Of a DNA stretch of 64,000 bases, positions 8,078 to 17,358 are shown piece by piece (positions within the stretch are counted from its first letter, which is position 1; each line of letters starts with the position of its first letter). Position numbers and translations under genes: made by a program. This DNA comes from Candidatus Eiseniibacteriota bacterium. GTDB lineage: Bacteria > Eisenbacteria > RBG-16-71-46 > CAVPCR01. The stretch is from assembly GCA_963702435.1 (NCBI GenBank), contig CAVPCR010000001.1:832001-896000 (forward strand), in the 5' to 3' direction. A model generated the notes under the pieces. It saw only the letters and a program-made list of their open reading frames with translations. It ran no database searches and was not told where the DNA came from.

Positions 8078-11000
8078 CTACATGCTCGCCGCCGGCGACG
8101 TCGCGGACGCCGCGGGCTTCCGGCCCACGCTCGCCGCCGGTCGCTCCGCAACCATCGCGCCGCCGGCGCCGACCAGCACGAACGACGCCCAGTGGTAGGG
8201 ATGCGGGTGCGCCGCGCGCACGCGGAGCATGGCCGTGCGCAGGGCGGCCGGAGTGGGCTCGCCGCGGCGGAATGCCGCATAGAACTCGCCCATCAGATCC
8301 GCCGTCGTCGTGTCGTGCACCGGCCACAGGCTGACGACGAGCGAGGCGGCACCCGCGTGGAGGAATCCGCGCACGAGTCCCACCATCTCATCGCCGCCGC
8401 CGACCCAGGTGCGCCCGCTCTGGCAAGCGGACAGCGAGACGAGCCGGGCCTTGAGGCGCAGACCATAGAGGTCGTAGAGCGAGAGCCAGCCGTCGGCCAG
8501 GCGGAGCGCCGAGAAGTGCGGATCGTCCTCCCGGAAGACGGCGTGCGCCGCCACATGCAGATAGTCCGCAGCCCCGGCTGCGGCGCTGAAGGCGGCGAGG
8601 GTCGCCTCCCGGTTCCGGAGCACGCGCTTCTGCGCAAAGAGCCGCTCGACGCGATCCACCTCCTCGTGCACCTTGGGGATGTGCTCGTCTTCCACACCGA
8701 CGATCAGGGCGGTCGGCTCTTCACCGTTATCTGCGGTATGCCGCAGATAACGGAGAGTGCTGGCGCTGGGCAGATAGGAGATCTCGGCGCGATCGATGAG
8801 GTCGTGCCCGCCGGCGGTCGAGACGGCGGCGGAATCGCCGGCGCACGAACCAGGGTCCGGTGGCGCGGCGGCGAGCGGCAGCGCATGGAACGGGAGCGAG
8901 TGGAGCGGTCCGTGCGGCACTATGACGAGGCGAGGGGCGTCGACCGCGAGCGGCCACCAGACCATGGCCGCGATCTCGGCCAGGTGCCGCCGGATGCCGG
9001 CGCGCAGGAGTTCCTCGCGTCCGCTCGCGTAGTCGTCGCCGTAGCCCCACTTCTCGATCTGGAAGCGGAGCCGGCCGATGGCTACCGCGATGCGCTCGGG
9101 GCCGGCGGGGAGGGTCACCACGCGCGCTCCGCCGCTCTCGATCACGAAGGCGAAGGCGCGCTCCGGAGTGAAGAAGTACTCGACGAGGGCCGTGCCGGCG
9201 GGGAGGGCGGCCTCGACCTCGGCGAGCGTGATGGTCTCCCCCTGGGTGAGAGCCCCGAGCGCCGGGTCCCGCCGCGCCAGGCGCTGCATGACGTCGGCGA
9301 TCTCGGACTCCCGCGCGCGCAGGCGGGCGCGCGCTCTCTCGCGTTGCGCCGCATCGTGTTGCGCAACCTCGTGCCGCCCCGCCGCGCGCCGCCCCTTCCG
9401 GCCGGCACCGGAGCCGGTGTCAGCGCCGGCCCCGGCCAGCCATGCTGCTTCGCTCCTGAGCCGTTCGAGCCGGCGGCGGAGAACCTGACCCGCCGGATCG
9501 AGCCGCTCGTAGGCACCTCCGAGCCGGCCGGCCAGGAGATCGACGAGCGCGCGCGAACGCGCGCGTTCGACCACGGCGAAGGACTCGCTCACCGCGCGCG
9601 CCCCTCGCCGGGTGTGGAGGATCAACTCGACCAGATCGGCATAGACGGGCGCCTTGTCGGCCGCGTAGCTCACGCGGAACTCGTCGCTGCCGACGCGGCG
9701 CCGCACCGATTCGATGCCGGCGACCGCACGCCGGATGCTCGCCAGCGCCCGGCGTGGTTCGCCCCCGAGCCGGAAGAGGCGCCCGCGCACGTGATCGTGC
9801 TGGGCGCGGAGCCACGGCGATTCGACGCCCCGGAGAAAGCGCCGGGCCCGCCCGAGATGCGCCGCCGCCCGGGTGGGCTCGTGCTCCTCGACGGCGAGCG
9901 CGGCGCGGCGGATCGCCGCCGCCGCCGCCCGGAGCTTGAGCCGCTCGGCCGCGAACCGCTCCTCCGCCCGGGCCAGGCGGCGCTCGGCGGCGCGCAACCT
10001 GCCGCCGCGCCGCTCGATCTCGCCGGCGAGGAGATCGCAGTGCGCCTCGGCGGCCTGATTGCCCTCCTGTCGGAAGGCGCGGGCCGACTCTCCGATCAGC
10101 TCGGCGGCGCGGTCGGGCGCGCCCTCGCCGAGAGCCGCCACCGCCAGGAAGAGCGTCGTCTTGGCGCTCTCGTAACGTTGACCGAGCTCCTCGAACAGGG
10201 CACGCGCCAGGCGCGCCTGCTGTCGGGCGCGGACGAAGCTGTTGATCTCGATGAGCAGCTCGGCGAGGTCGAGATGACAGAGCGCGACGTAGCGCGTGTC
10301 GCCGAGCGCCTCGAAGGCGCCGCGCGCCGCGTCGAGGCTTGCATAGGCCGACCCGTACTCGCTCCGCTGCAGGGCGAGGTAGCCGCGGCTGTAGTCGACC
10401 AGGGCCACGACGCGGGTCTCACCGGCAGCCGCGGCTGCGGAGCGGGTCTCGCGGTAAGCGGCATCGGCCTCGGCGAATCGGCCGAGGCTCACCAGCACGT
10501 TGGCCCGGTTGAACTGGATCCAGCGGGCCGGCGCCTCCTCGCCGCGGCTGCGGGCGCTCGCCAGCGCGCGGTCGTAGGCGCGCAGGGCGGCGGCCGGGCG
10601 ATCGGTGCGGTGCAGGATGTTGCCGAGATTCTGATCGAGCGCATACACGGAGCGCTCGTCGCCGCAGCGGACGAGAACGCGCCGGGCCGCCTTCCCCACC
10701 GCGATCGCCTCGTCGTAGCGACCGAGGTACATGAGGGCGTCGATGCGACCGAGGGCGGTACGAGCGGCGAGGCGCGACTCACCCAGGGCCCGGTACGCCT
10801 GTGCGGCGCGCTCGTAGTGGGCAGCCGCCTCGGCATGACGGGCCAGGCTCACGAGCGCGTGCGCGCGCGACCACAAGGCGCGGGCCTCGAGGCGGGGGTC
10901 GCCCCCGGCGACCAGGGTCTCGCGCTCGGCGACGGCGAGCGCCTGCCGGGCATCGGCACGGATCAGGTGCAGGACCAGGCCCGCGAGCTCCTCGACCAGC

Positions 11001-11098
11001 GCGCCGCGAGCCGCGGCATCCAGGTCGCGAGCGAGCTCGAGCGCCGCGTCGGCGGAAGGAGCAGCGAGGACGGACGCGGCGATCGCGGTCCGCTCCAT
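8078..11098 (-). CDS. TPR-repeat CHAT-domain (caspase-like) protease
   Basis: Long N-terminal TPR array; VERARSRAL, LVIVPHGPLHSLPFHAL, LHVAAHA (His), LVSLSACQSG (Cys), SLWPV, PYHWASF. Confidence 0.93.
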   Translation of the reverse strand: MERTAIAASVLAAPSADAALELARDLDAAARGALVEELAGLVLHLIRADARQALAVAERETLVAGGDPRLEARALWSRAHALVSLARHAEAAAHYERAAQAYRALGESRLAARTALGRIDALMYLGRYDEAIAVGKAARRVLVRCGDERSVYALDQNLGNILHRTDRPAAALRAYDRALASARSRGEEAPARWIQFNRANVLVSLGRFAEADAAYRETRSAAAAAGETRVVALVDYSRGYLALQRSEYGSAYASLDAARGAFEALGDTRYVALCHLDLAELLIEINSFVRARQQARLARALFEELGQRYESAKTTLFLAVAALGEGAPDRAAELIGESARAFRQEGNQAAEAHCDLLAGEIERRGGRLRAAERRLARAEERFAAERLKLRAAAAAIRRAALAVEEHEPTRAAAHLGRARRFLRGVESPWLRAQHDHVRGRLFRLGGEPRRALASIRRAVAGIESVRRRVGSDEFRVSYAADKAPVYADLVELILHTRRGARAVSESFAVVERARSRALVDLLAGRLGGAYERLDPAGQVLRRRLERLRSEAAWLAGAGADTGSGAGRKGRRAAGRHEVAQHDAAQRERARARLRARESEIADVMQRLARRDPALGALTQGETITLAEVEAALPAGTALVEYFFTPERAFAFVIESGGARVVTLPAGPERIAVAIGRLRFQIEKWGYGDDYASGREELLRAGIRRHLAEIAAMVWWPLAVDAPRLVIVPHGPLHSLPFHALPLAAAPPDPGSCAGDSAAVSTAGGHDLIDRAEISYLPSASTLRYLRHTADNGEEPTALIVGVEDEHIPKVHEEVDRVERLFAQKRVLRNREATLAAFSAAAGAADYLHVAAHAVFREDDPHFSALRLADGWLSLYDLYGLRLKARLVSLSACQSGRTWVGGGDEMVGLVRGFLHAGAASLVVSLWPVHDTTTADLMGEFYAAFRRGEPTPAALRTAMLRVRAAHPHPYHWASFVLVGAGGAMVAERPAASVGRKPAASATSPAASM

Positions 11099-11101
11099 GG
11101 C

Positions 11102-11779
11102 CTACCCGTCGTCGTCGGCGACCGCCATCGAACCGGCGGCGGGCAGCGGCAAGGCGCAGGAGAGAGCGCGTCCCCCGGCGGTGACGAGGATGGCGAGCCC
11201 CGGACGGTCCTCGACGGTGGCGGAGAACTCCCCGATCGCGTCGGCTTCGCCGGCCGCCAGGGTGTCATCGCGTGAAACGACGAGAAAGCGACTGCCGCTC
11301 GCCGCTTGCACCTCGTCTCCCCGCAGGTCGCTCACCTGACCGGTCAGCGCGAGCCGGCCGCCCTGGTGCTCGATGGCCAGATCGAGCTCGAGATCGGCGG
11401 TCTCGTAGCGCAAGCGCCGGCTCGTGACCGTGCCGCGCGCCGCGGCAAAGGAGGGCTCCCGGAGAGAATCGAAGACGAGACGGCCGGCCACCGCTTCGAG
11501 CCCCGCGAGCCACGCGCGAACGCGCTCGCGGAATGGCTCCGGTCGCGCCGGCGCGAAGAGATCGACGGCGCGCGCCACGACCGAGGCCAGCGGCTCGGGG
11601 GTGCGGTCGGCGCGCATGACGGCGAGCAGTCGTTCGACGTGAGCCAGCTCGGCCGCACACTCCGCACATCCGGCGAGATGGGCTTCGTGACGAGCCATGT
11701 CCGCGGCATCGATCCGCCCTTCGGCCAGATCGGCCAGCTCCACCGTCCGCAAGTGAGTCATGCGTGAGTCCGTCCCCAT
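11102..11779 (-). CDS. Soluble zinc-binding (ZAS/zf-HC2) anti-sigma-like protein with C-terminal beta domain
   Basis: HLAGCAEC (HxxxCxxC); no transmembrane helix; lies between the ECF sigma and CHAT genes; start may be 11761. Confidence 0.8.
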   Translation of the reverse strand: MGTDSRMTHLRTVELADLAEGRIDAADMARHEAHLAGCAECAAELAHVERLLAVMRADRTPEPLASVVARAVDLFAPARPEPFRERVRAWLAGLEAVAGRLVFDSLREPSFAAARGTVTSRRLRYETADLELDLAIEHQGGRLALTGQVSDLRGDEVQAASGSRFLVVSRDDTLAAGEADAIGEFSATVEDRPGLAILVTAGGRALSCALPLPAAGSMAVADDDG

Positions 11780-11842
11780 CGAGCCTCGGGCGCCGGTACG
11801 ACAGGCCTACCCCGCGAGGGCCGCCGGCCTGCCGGTCCGGGT

Positions 11843-11894
11843 GGCGAGAACACCTTCTCGCCTCGACAGACCTCCCGGGTCTTCGGAAAATACC
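11843..11894 (-). promoter_or_regulatory. Hairpin and possible ECF-type promoter upstream of the anti-sigma gene
   Basis: ggcgagaa-cacc-ttctcgcc 8-bp stem; minus strand reads GGTATT-N17-GTCT. Confidence 0.3.
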
Positions 11895-11941
11895 GGCGCG
11901 CGCCCCCGGCATCCGTCCCCTGCGAGCAGAGGCGTCGCCGG

Positions 11942-12571
11942 CTAGCCACTCGGCGCCCCGTCGGTGGTGAGGCCCCGGTAGAGGCGGAGGAGCTTCTCGA
12001 GGCAGCGGGCCCGCGTCGGCCCGATCGAACCCATCGGCAAACCGAGCCGCTTCCCGATCTCGATGTAGGAGGGCTCCTCGGCCGCGTAATAGAGAAGATG
12101 GAGCAGCTCACGGCAGCGGCCGGGCAGTCCATCGAACGCCCGCCGGACGAGATGCTGCTCCTCGAGCCGCGCCATCTCCTCGGCAGGGAGCGGGTCGGGA
12201 TCGGGAATCGTACCGAGCACTTCGTCACTCTCGGGGACAGCCCGGCGCCGCGTGGCCGTGTCGAGACTCAGGCGACGCGCGGTGGTCACGAGCCAGGGGC
12301 GCAGGCGGCTCGGATCGCGGATCGTCGAGAGCCGCTCGACCAGCCGGGCGAAGGTGTTCTGAAAGACGTCGTCCGCTTCTTCCGGCGCGAGCCCGCTGCG
12401 CATGGGGATCGCATAGACCAGGCGCCGGTAGCGCAGCACGATGATCTCCCAGGCCCGGGCATCCCCGGCCCGGCAACGCGCCACGAGCTCGGCATCCGCA
12501 GGGCCGAGGTCGCGCGGCCGATCGGTCCCTGCCTCCGCACTCGGCGTTCGACTCGAACGTGCCGCCACCAT
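11942..12571 (-). CDS. ECF sigma-70 factor
   Basis: Region 2 (DARAWEIIVLRYRRLV, EADDVFQNTF, WLVTTARR) and region 4 (PSYIEIGKRLGLPMGSIGPTRARCLEKL); TATAAT 6 nt upstream of ATG. Confidence 0.93.
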   Translation of the reverse strand: MVAARSSRTPSAEAGTDRPRDLGPADAELVARCRAGDARAWEIIVLRYRRLVYAIPMRSGLAPEEADDVFQNTFARLVERLSTIRDPSRLRPWLVTTARRLSLDTATRRRAVPESDEVLGTIPDPDPLPAEEMARLEEQHLVRRAFDGLPGRCRELLHLLYYAAEEPSYIEIGKRLGLPMGSIGPTRARCLEKLLRLYRGLTTDGAPSG

Positions 12572-12767
12572 GAACGCATTATATCGGTGCCGGCGGGCGG
12601 GCGGCGGGAGACATTGAGCCGCGGGCGACATCGGGCGGCGGGCGACATGAAGCCGCGGGGGACATCGGGTGGCGGGTCGCCCCCGGAAGGCGGCCCCCCT
12701 CCGGCGGCGCCCTCCCCCTCTGACCGGGGCGAGATCGAGTCCCGCTACACGAACTGGCCGCGGCCGC

Positions 12768-13628
12768 TCAGCCGAACAGCCGCTGCGCGGTCCCGCCGAG
12801 GACGGCAGCCTCGACCGCCGGCGGGAGATCGAGACCGCGGAAGGCGACCAGGTTCGTCTTGAGATCGGGGACGAGCGGGCCGGGCCAGTCGGTTCCCCAG
12901 AGCGTCCTCTCCGCCACCTGGGCGAGGCGCGGGAAGTAGTCGAGGAGCGCCCGGGGCGGGATCCCCGAGATGTCCATGAACACGTTCGGATGCCGCCGGA
13001 GAAGGAAGAAGCAGGTCTCCATGTAGAGCGGCCGCCCGCCGTGCGCCATGATGAGGGCGAGCTCCGGGTAGTCGACGGCGACATCGTCGATCGCCATCGG
13101 ATCGGCGTACTTGTTGCGAGCGCCCGGGAACACGGACGTGCCGGTGTGGATCATGATCGGCAACCCGCGCGCGATCGCCCGCTCGTAGACGCGGGCGAGC
13201 CCCGGGCAGCCGCCGCCGTCCCGGTAGGCGTTGGGCGCGAGGAGCTGGTGCGGCGGATGGATCTTCAAGGCGCGCACGCCGAGATCGGCGATCCGGTCCA
13301 CCTCGCCGCCCGGGTCCGTCGTGAAGCGCGGATGCACCGAGCCGAAGGGCAGGAGGCGCGCCGGCGCATGCCGCGCGTAGTCGGTGACGAAGGTATTCAC
13401 GCGCGCAGTGAAGCCCATGACCTCGGGGCTCACGTAGTTGACGAGCCCCACGCGCGCGACCCCCGCCTCGTCCATCATGCGGAGGAGGAGCTCCGGCTCG
13501 CGCATGACGCGGAGCACGTGCGCGAGATCGCGGCCTTGGGCCATGCGCGCCGCCGCCTCGGGGCGGAGCTCGTCCCAGGGCTGGACGTGGATGTGGATGT
13601 CGGTGACCGGTGCGGGCGCGGTGCTCAT
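12768..13628 (-). CDS. Amidohydrolase family 2 protein
   Basis: DIHIH, KIHPPHQ, IHTG, AHGG, WGTDWP. Confidence 0.9.
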   Translation of the reverse strand: MSTAPAPVTDIHIHVQPWDELRPEAAARMAQGRDLAHVLRVMREPELLLRMMDEAGVARVGLVNYVSPEVMGFTARVNTFVTDYARHAPARLLPFGSVHPRFTTDPGGEVDRIADLGVRALKIHPPHQLLAPNAYRDGGGCPGLARVYERAIARGLPIMIHTGTSVFPGARNKYADPMAIDDVAVDYPELALIMAHGGRPLYMETCFFLLRRHPNVFMDISGIPPRALLDYFPRLAQVAERTLWGTDWPGPLVPDLKTNLVAFRGLDLPPAVEAAVLGGTAQRLFG

Positions 13629-13642
13629 CCGGCGTCCGCCGC

Positions 13643-15160
13643 CTAGCGCACGCGTACGAGGCGTCCCGTCGACGACGCCCCCGTCCCGGCGGCGTCGAGC
13701 ACGCGGTAGAAGTAGATCCCCGGCGCGACCGGGCGTCCCGCCGCGTCCTCGCCGCGCCAGACGAGCGGCCCGCGGCCGGCGAGCGCCGCCACCTTCCGCC
13801 CGGCGGCGTCCACCACCTCGAGCCGGAGGTCGCGAGCCCCCGCGGCGAAAGCGACCGCGTCGCGGAACGGGTTCGGTCCGACCGCGAGCGTCCCGAGCGA
13901 AGGCACCGCCGCGGCGCCGGGGTCGACGACCGAAGTTCCGCCCTCGGCGCCCGCGAGCTCGGCGAGCGCCGCCACCGCGCCGCGCGCCATCTCGGTCACG
14001 TAGTCGAGCGTGAGAGTCCCGATCAGGTCCTGGGGCGAGTGGTAGTAGGGATTCCAGTCGGGAGCTCCCCACAGCTGCGCGTCGATGTCGAAGGCAGCCG
14101 GATAGCCGTTCTCGGCGAAGAAGTAGTGGTCGCTCCCGTACTGCGGCCCGGCCGTGATAGTGAGATGCAGGGTGCAGGTCGTGTAGGTCTCGACGCAATC
14201 GCCGACGAACTGGCCCAGTGCGAGCGACACGCCCTGATCGACGTACCAGTTGGCATCCCACTCGGGATAGGCCGGGCTGACGTAGCCGATCATGTCGAGG
14301 TTCAGGACGGCGCGGACATCGTCATTCTGCGGAATGACCGTGCTCGTCACGTAGTGCTCGCTGCCGATGAGCCCCTGCTCCTCGCCGCTCCAGGCGATGA
14401 AGCGGATGGTGGCCTCGCAGTCGATGTCGGCGAGCACGCGCGCGGCCTCGACCACCGCCGCCGTGCCGCTCGCGTTGTCATCGGCTCCGGGCGCGCTGAT
14501 CGCCGGCTGGCCCGAGATCGAATCGTAATGACCGCAGATGATGTAGATCTCGTCGGGGCGGACCGCACCCGTCTTCTCGGCGATCACGTTGAACGCGGGA
14601 AAGCCGTTGACGGTGAAGAAGTCGAGCTCGACCGGGTAGCCCATCTCCTGGAAGCGATCGCGGAGGTAATGGCCGGCCGCGCGGCAGCTGTCGGTCGGCG
14701 CATGTCGCGTGCGGAAGTCTTGCAGTCGCTGGATGGTGGCCGCCACCTCCGGGGTCGACATGCGCCCGATGATGGCGGCGACGGCCGGATCGTAGTCCGC
14801 GATGCCGGTCGGGAGCGGCGGCGGCGTGCGGCGGACCGGCGGCCGGGGGGAGCCGTCGGCGGAGAGGCGCACGAGGCTCATGCCGCGCGCGGCGAGCTCC
14901 TCGACGGCGCTCGCCGGGCCCGTGACGAGCGTGCCGTGGCCGGAGGGACCCAGGATCTCGACGCCGGCCGGGAGCGGCCGGAGCCGCTCCGCCGGGCCGA
15001 AGACGAGGTAGGTCGGCGCGCCGGCGGCGCCCGGCGGCGGCGCGGCGGCGAGCGGGGTGACACCGAGAAGCAGGAAGAGGCAGAGAGCGAGAAGGACTGT
15101 AGACGCGCCGCACCGGAGGGGCGAACGCTCGACACCCGCGCCACTCATGGTCATGGTCAT
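13643..15160 (-). CDS. Secreted M28 aminopeptidase with C-terminal FlgD/T9SS-like domain
   Basis: GHYDS, GADDNASG, GEEQGL, NLDMIG, SDH, YHSPQD; tail GPNPF...WRGEDAAGRPVAPGIYFY. Confidence 0.9.
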   Translation of the reverse strand: MTMTMSGAGVERSPLRCGASTVLLALCLFLLLGVTPLAAAPPPGAAGAPTYLVFGPAERLRPLPAGVEILGPSGHGTLVTGPASAVEELAARGMSLVRLSADGSPRPPVRRTPPPLPTGIADYDPAVAAIIGRMSTPEVAATIQRLQDFRTRHAPTDSCRAAGHYLRDRFQEMGYPVELDFFTVNGFPAFNVIAEKTGAVRPDEIYIICGHYDSISGQPAISAPGADDNASGTAAVVEAARVLADIDCEATIRFIAWSGEEQGLIGSEHYVTSTVIPQNDDVRAVLNLDMIGYVSPAYPEWDANWYVDQGVSLALGQFVGDCVETYTTCTLHLTITAGPQYGSDHYFFAENGYPAAFDIDAQLWGAPDWNPYYHSPQDLIGTLTLDYVTEMARGAVAALAELAGAEGGTSVVDPGAAAVPSLGTLAVGPNPFRDAVAFAAGARDLRLEVVDAAGRKVAALAGRGPLVWRGEDAAGRPVAPGIYFYRVLDAAGTGASSTGRLVRVR

Positions 15161-15316
15161 TGCTCCCGGATCCGGGGGATGGGCCAAATGCACCTCGGCT
15201 GTGGGGACGCCTACCGAGACGCTTCCATGGTAGCACGCGCCGCAGGCGGGAGCGCACCCGGTTCGACGGCGGGAAGTGAGGTGCAGCCGCGTCCGGATCG
15301 GCTAGAATCGCCTGCC

Positions 15317-16309
15317 ATGAGCCCACTCTCCCTCTTCTTCCGGCCGAGCCCCCTCCCCGTCGACCCGACGCGCGGCGCCGGGGACGAGGACCGCCCGTCG
15401 AAGCTCCTGCCCCTGGCCGAGGCCATCTCCCGCCACGTGCAGGGCGGCATGAGCATCGCTCTCGGCACCTTCATGGAGCAGAAGATCCCGTTCTCCGCGG
15501 CGCACGAGATCATCCGCCAGGAACGGAGCGATCTCGAGCTCGTCGGACCGATCTCCGACATCCTGTTCGATCAGATGATCGGCGCGGGAGTGGCGGCGCG
15601 CGTGCGCGCGGCGTGGGTCGGGAACGTGATGATGGGCTCCGCCCGCTGCTTCCGCCGCGCGATCGAGAAGCGGGAGCCGCGGCCGGTCGAGATCGTCGAC
15701 TACTCGAACCTGACCATGTCGCTCGCCCTCACGGCGGGGGCGCTCGGCGTGCCCTACCTGCCGACGCGCTCGACGCTCGGAACCTCGCTCCTCGCGGCCA
15801 ATCCCGGGCTCGCGCCCTATCAGCCCCCGTTCGGCGCTGCGAAGCTCGTCGCGGTCGAGGCGATCCGGCCCGACGTCGCGATCCTTCCCGTGCAGCGGAG
15901 CGACATCTACGGCAACAGCCACAACTGGGGCAACTTCGGCGTGAGCGTCGAGGCCGCTCATGCGGCGCGGGCGGTGATCCTCGTCGCCGAGGAGATCGTG
16001 GACGAGGAGGTCATCCTCTCCGATCCCAACCGCGTGATCTTCCCCGGCTTCCTGGCCACCGCCGTCGTGCACGACCCGTGGGGATCGCATCCCTCCCCGG
16101 TCCTGGGCTACTACAACCGCGACCACGAGTACTACGCGGAGTACGAGCGGGCCTCCCGCACGAGCGAGGGGTTCGACGACTGGCTCTACCAGACCGTGAT
16201 GGCGGTCCCCGACCGCCGCGCCTACCTCGAGCGGCTCGGCTCCCAGCGGATCGAGGCTCTTCGGATCCGCGAGCACGCCTTCGCCCACCCCGTCGACTAC
16301 GGATTCTAG
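15317..16309 (+). CDS. Acyl-CoA transferase alpha subunit (glutaconate/3-oxoadipate CoA-transferase family I)
   Basis: KLLPLAEAI, HEIIRQ, GALGVPYLPTRSTLG, PDVAILPVQRSDIYGN, PWGSHPS. Confidence 0.85.
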   Translation: MSPLSLFFRPSPLPVDPTRGAGDEDRPSKLLPLAEAISRHVQGGMSIALGTFMEQKIPFSAAHEIIRQERSDLELVGPISDILFDQMIGAGVAARVRAAWVGNVMMGSARCFRRAIEKREPRPVEIVDYSNLTMSLALTAGALGVPYLPTRSTLGTSLLAANPGLAPYQPPFGAAKLVAVEAIRPDVAILPVQRSDIYGNSHNWGNFGVSVEAAHAARAVILVAEEIVDEEVILSDPNRVIFPGFLATAVVHDPWGSHPSPVLGYYNRDHEYYAEYERASRTSEGFDDWLYQTVMAVPDRRAYLERLGSQRIEALRIREHAFAHPVDYGF

Positions 16310-16572
16310 TTCTAGACGCAGCTCGCCGAGTACGCGTCCGGCTCGACTCGCGCGCGCCGCGCGGGCCAAGATCCACGCTGGCCGCACGCTATGAAGCGGC
16401 GCTCGAAAAGCTGACGCCGGAGGATCAGCAGGCGATCGTCCTCCGCCTCGAGCAGGGCCTGAGCTATGCGACGGTCGCGGCCCGGACCGGAAAGCCGAGC
16501 GCCGATGCGGCGCGGATGGCCGTGACCAGGGCGCGCCTGCGTCTCGCCGAGGTGTTGCGCGACCAGATCTGA
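16310..16572 (+). pseudogene. Fragment of an ECF sigma factor (region 4 only)
   Basis: YEAALEKLTPEDQQAIVLRLEQGLSYATVAARTGKPSADAARMAVTRARLRLAE; no ATG/GTG start and no region 2. Confidence 0.65.
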
Positions 16573-16637
16573 TCTCCTGTCATGGGATGCCCGCGTGAGC
16601 GCAACCGCAGCGCGCGCCGGCGGCGACCGAGTGGACT

Positions 16638-17345
16638 CTAGCGCGGGTTCGTGCCGTAGATGTCCATGTCGCGGATCATGGTCCGCCCCGGCAAGCACGC
16701 GAGGTGGACGATGGTCGCCGCGAGATCGGCGGCGTGCAGGAAGAGCCCCGGACCATGCTCCGGCCCCTTGTCCTCGCCGGTGTCGACGCTGCTCGGATTG
16801 AGCACCATCACCCGGATGTTGTGCTGGCGGACCTCGTACATGAGGGCCTGCGCGAACCCCTGGAGGCCGAACTTGGTCGCGGCGTAGGCGGCCCCGCCCG
16901 GATCCCCTTTCTTCCCGGACATCGAGCTGATCATGATGATGTCGGCGCGCCCCTTCCGGATCATGCCGGGGAGGAAAGCCTGCGTGGTCAGGAAGACGCC
17001 GGTCAGGTTGGTCTCGATCATCTTGTTCCAGACGTCGAGCGGCAGGTCCACCACCTGGGTGCCGAGCTTCACGGCGGCGGCGTTGTTGACGAGGAGGTCG
17101 GGGACGCCGAGCTCCTGGGTCACCGCCGCGGCCATGGCGCGGATCGCGGCCGGATCGCGCTGATCGCAGACGTAGGGACGGCAGCGCTGGCCGGCCGAGG
17201 CGGCGGCCGCGGCCAGCGTGTCCGGGCGGCGGCCGGTGACGGCCACCGTGGCGCCCGCCTGGGCGAGCGCCCGCGCGATGTGCCGGCCGATGCCGCGGCT
17301 CGCGCCGGTCACCACCGCCACCTTCCCCGACAGGTCGTAGCGCAT
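16638..17345 (-). CDS. SDR family oxidoreductase
   Basis: TGASRGIG, NNAA, YAATK (YxxxK). Confidence 0.95.
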   Translation of the reverse strand: MRYDLSGKVAVVTGASRGIGRHIARALAQAGATVAVTGRRPDTLAAAAASAGQRCRPYVCDQRDPAAIRAMAAAVTQELGVPDLLVNNAAAVKLGTQVVDLPLDVWNKMIETNLTGVFLTTQAFLPGMIRKGRADIIMISSMSGKKGDPGGAAYAATKFGLQGFAQALMYEVRQHNIRVMVLNPSSVDTGEDKGPEHGPGLFLHAADLAATIVHLACLPGRTMIRDMDIYGTNPR

Positions 17346-17358
17346 CGTTGGTCCCCCC

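Noticed and set aside
7097..11275. 1392-aa plus-strand ORF, and similar long ORFs at 18578-22417, 30683-33742, 43562-47611 and 51639-55049
   Set aside because: Antisense shadows of well-supported genes; Arg/Gly/Ala-rich with no motifs, as expected in high-GC DNA
12572..13084. Long N-terminal extension of the ECF sigma in the ORF track
   Set aside because: Overlaps the amidohydrolase in another frame; TATAAT placement supports a start at 12571
15613..16572. Programmed frameshift fusing the CoA-transferase to the sigma region-4 fragment
   Set aside because: No slippery sequence is evident and the CoA-transferase ends naturally (PVDYGF)
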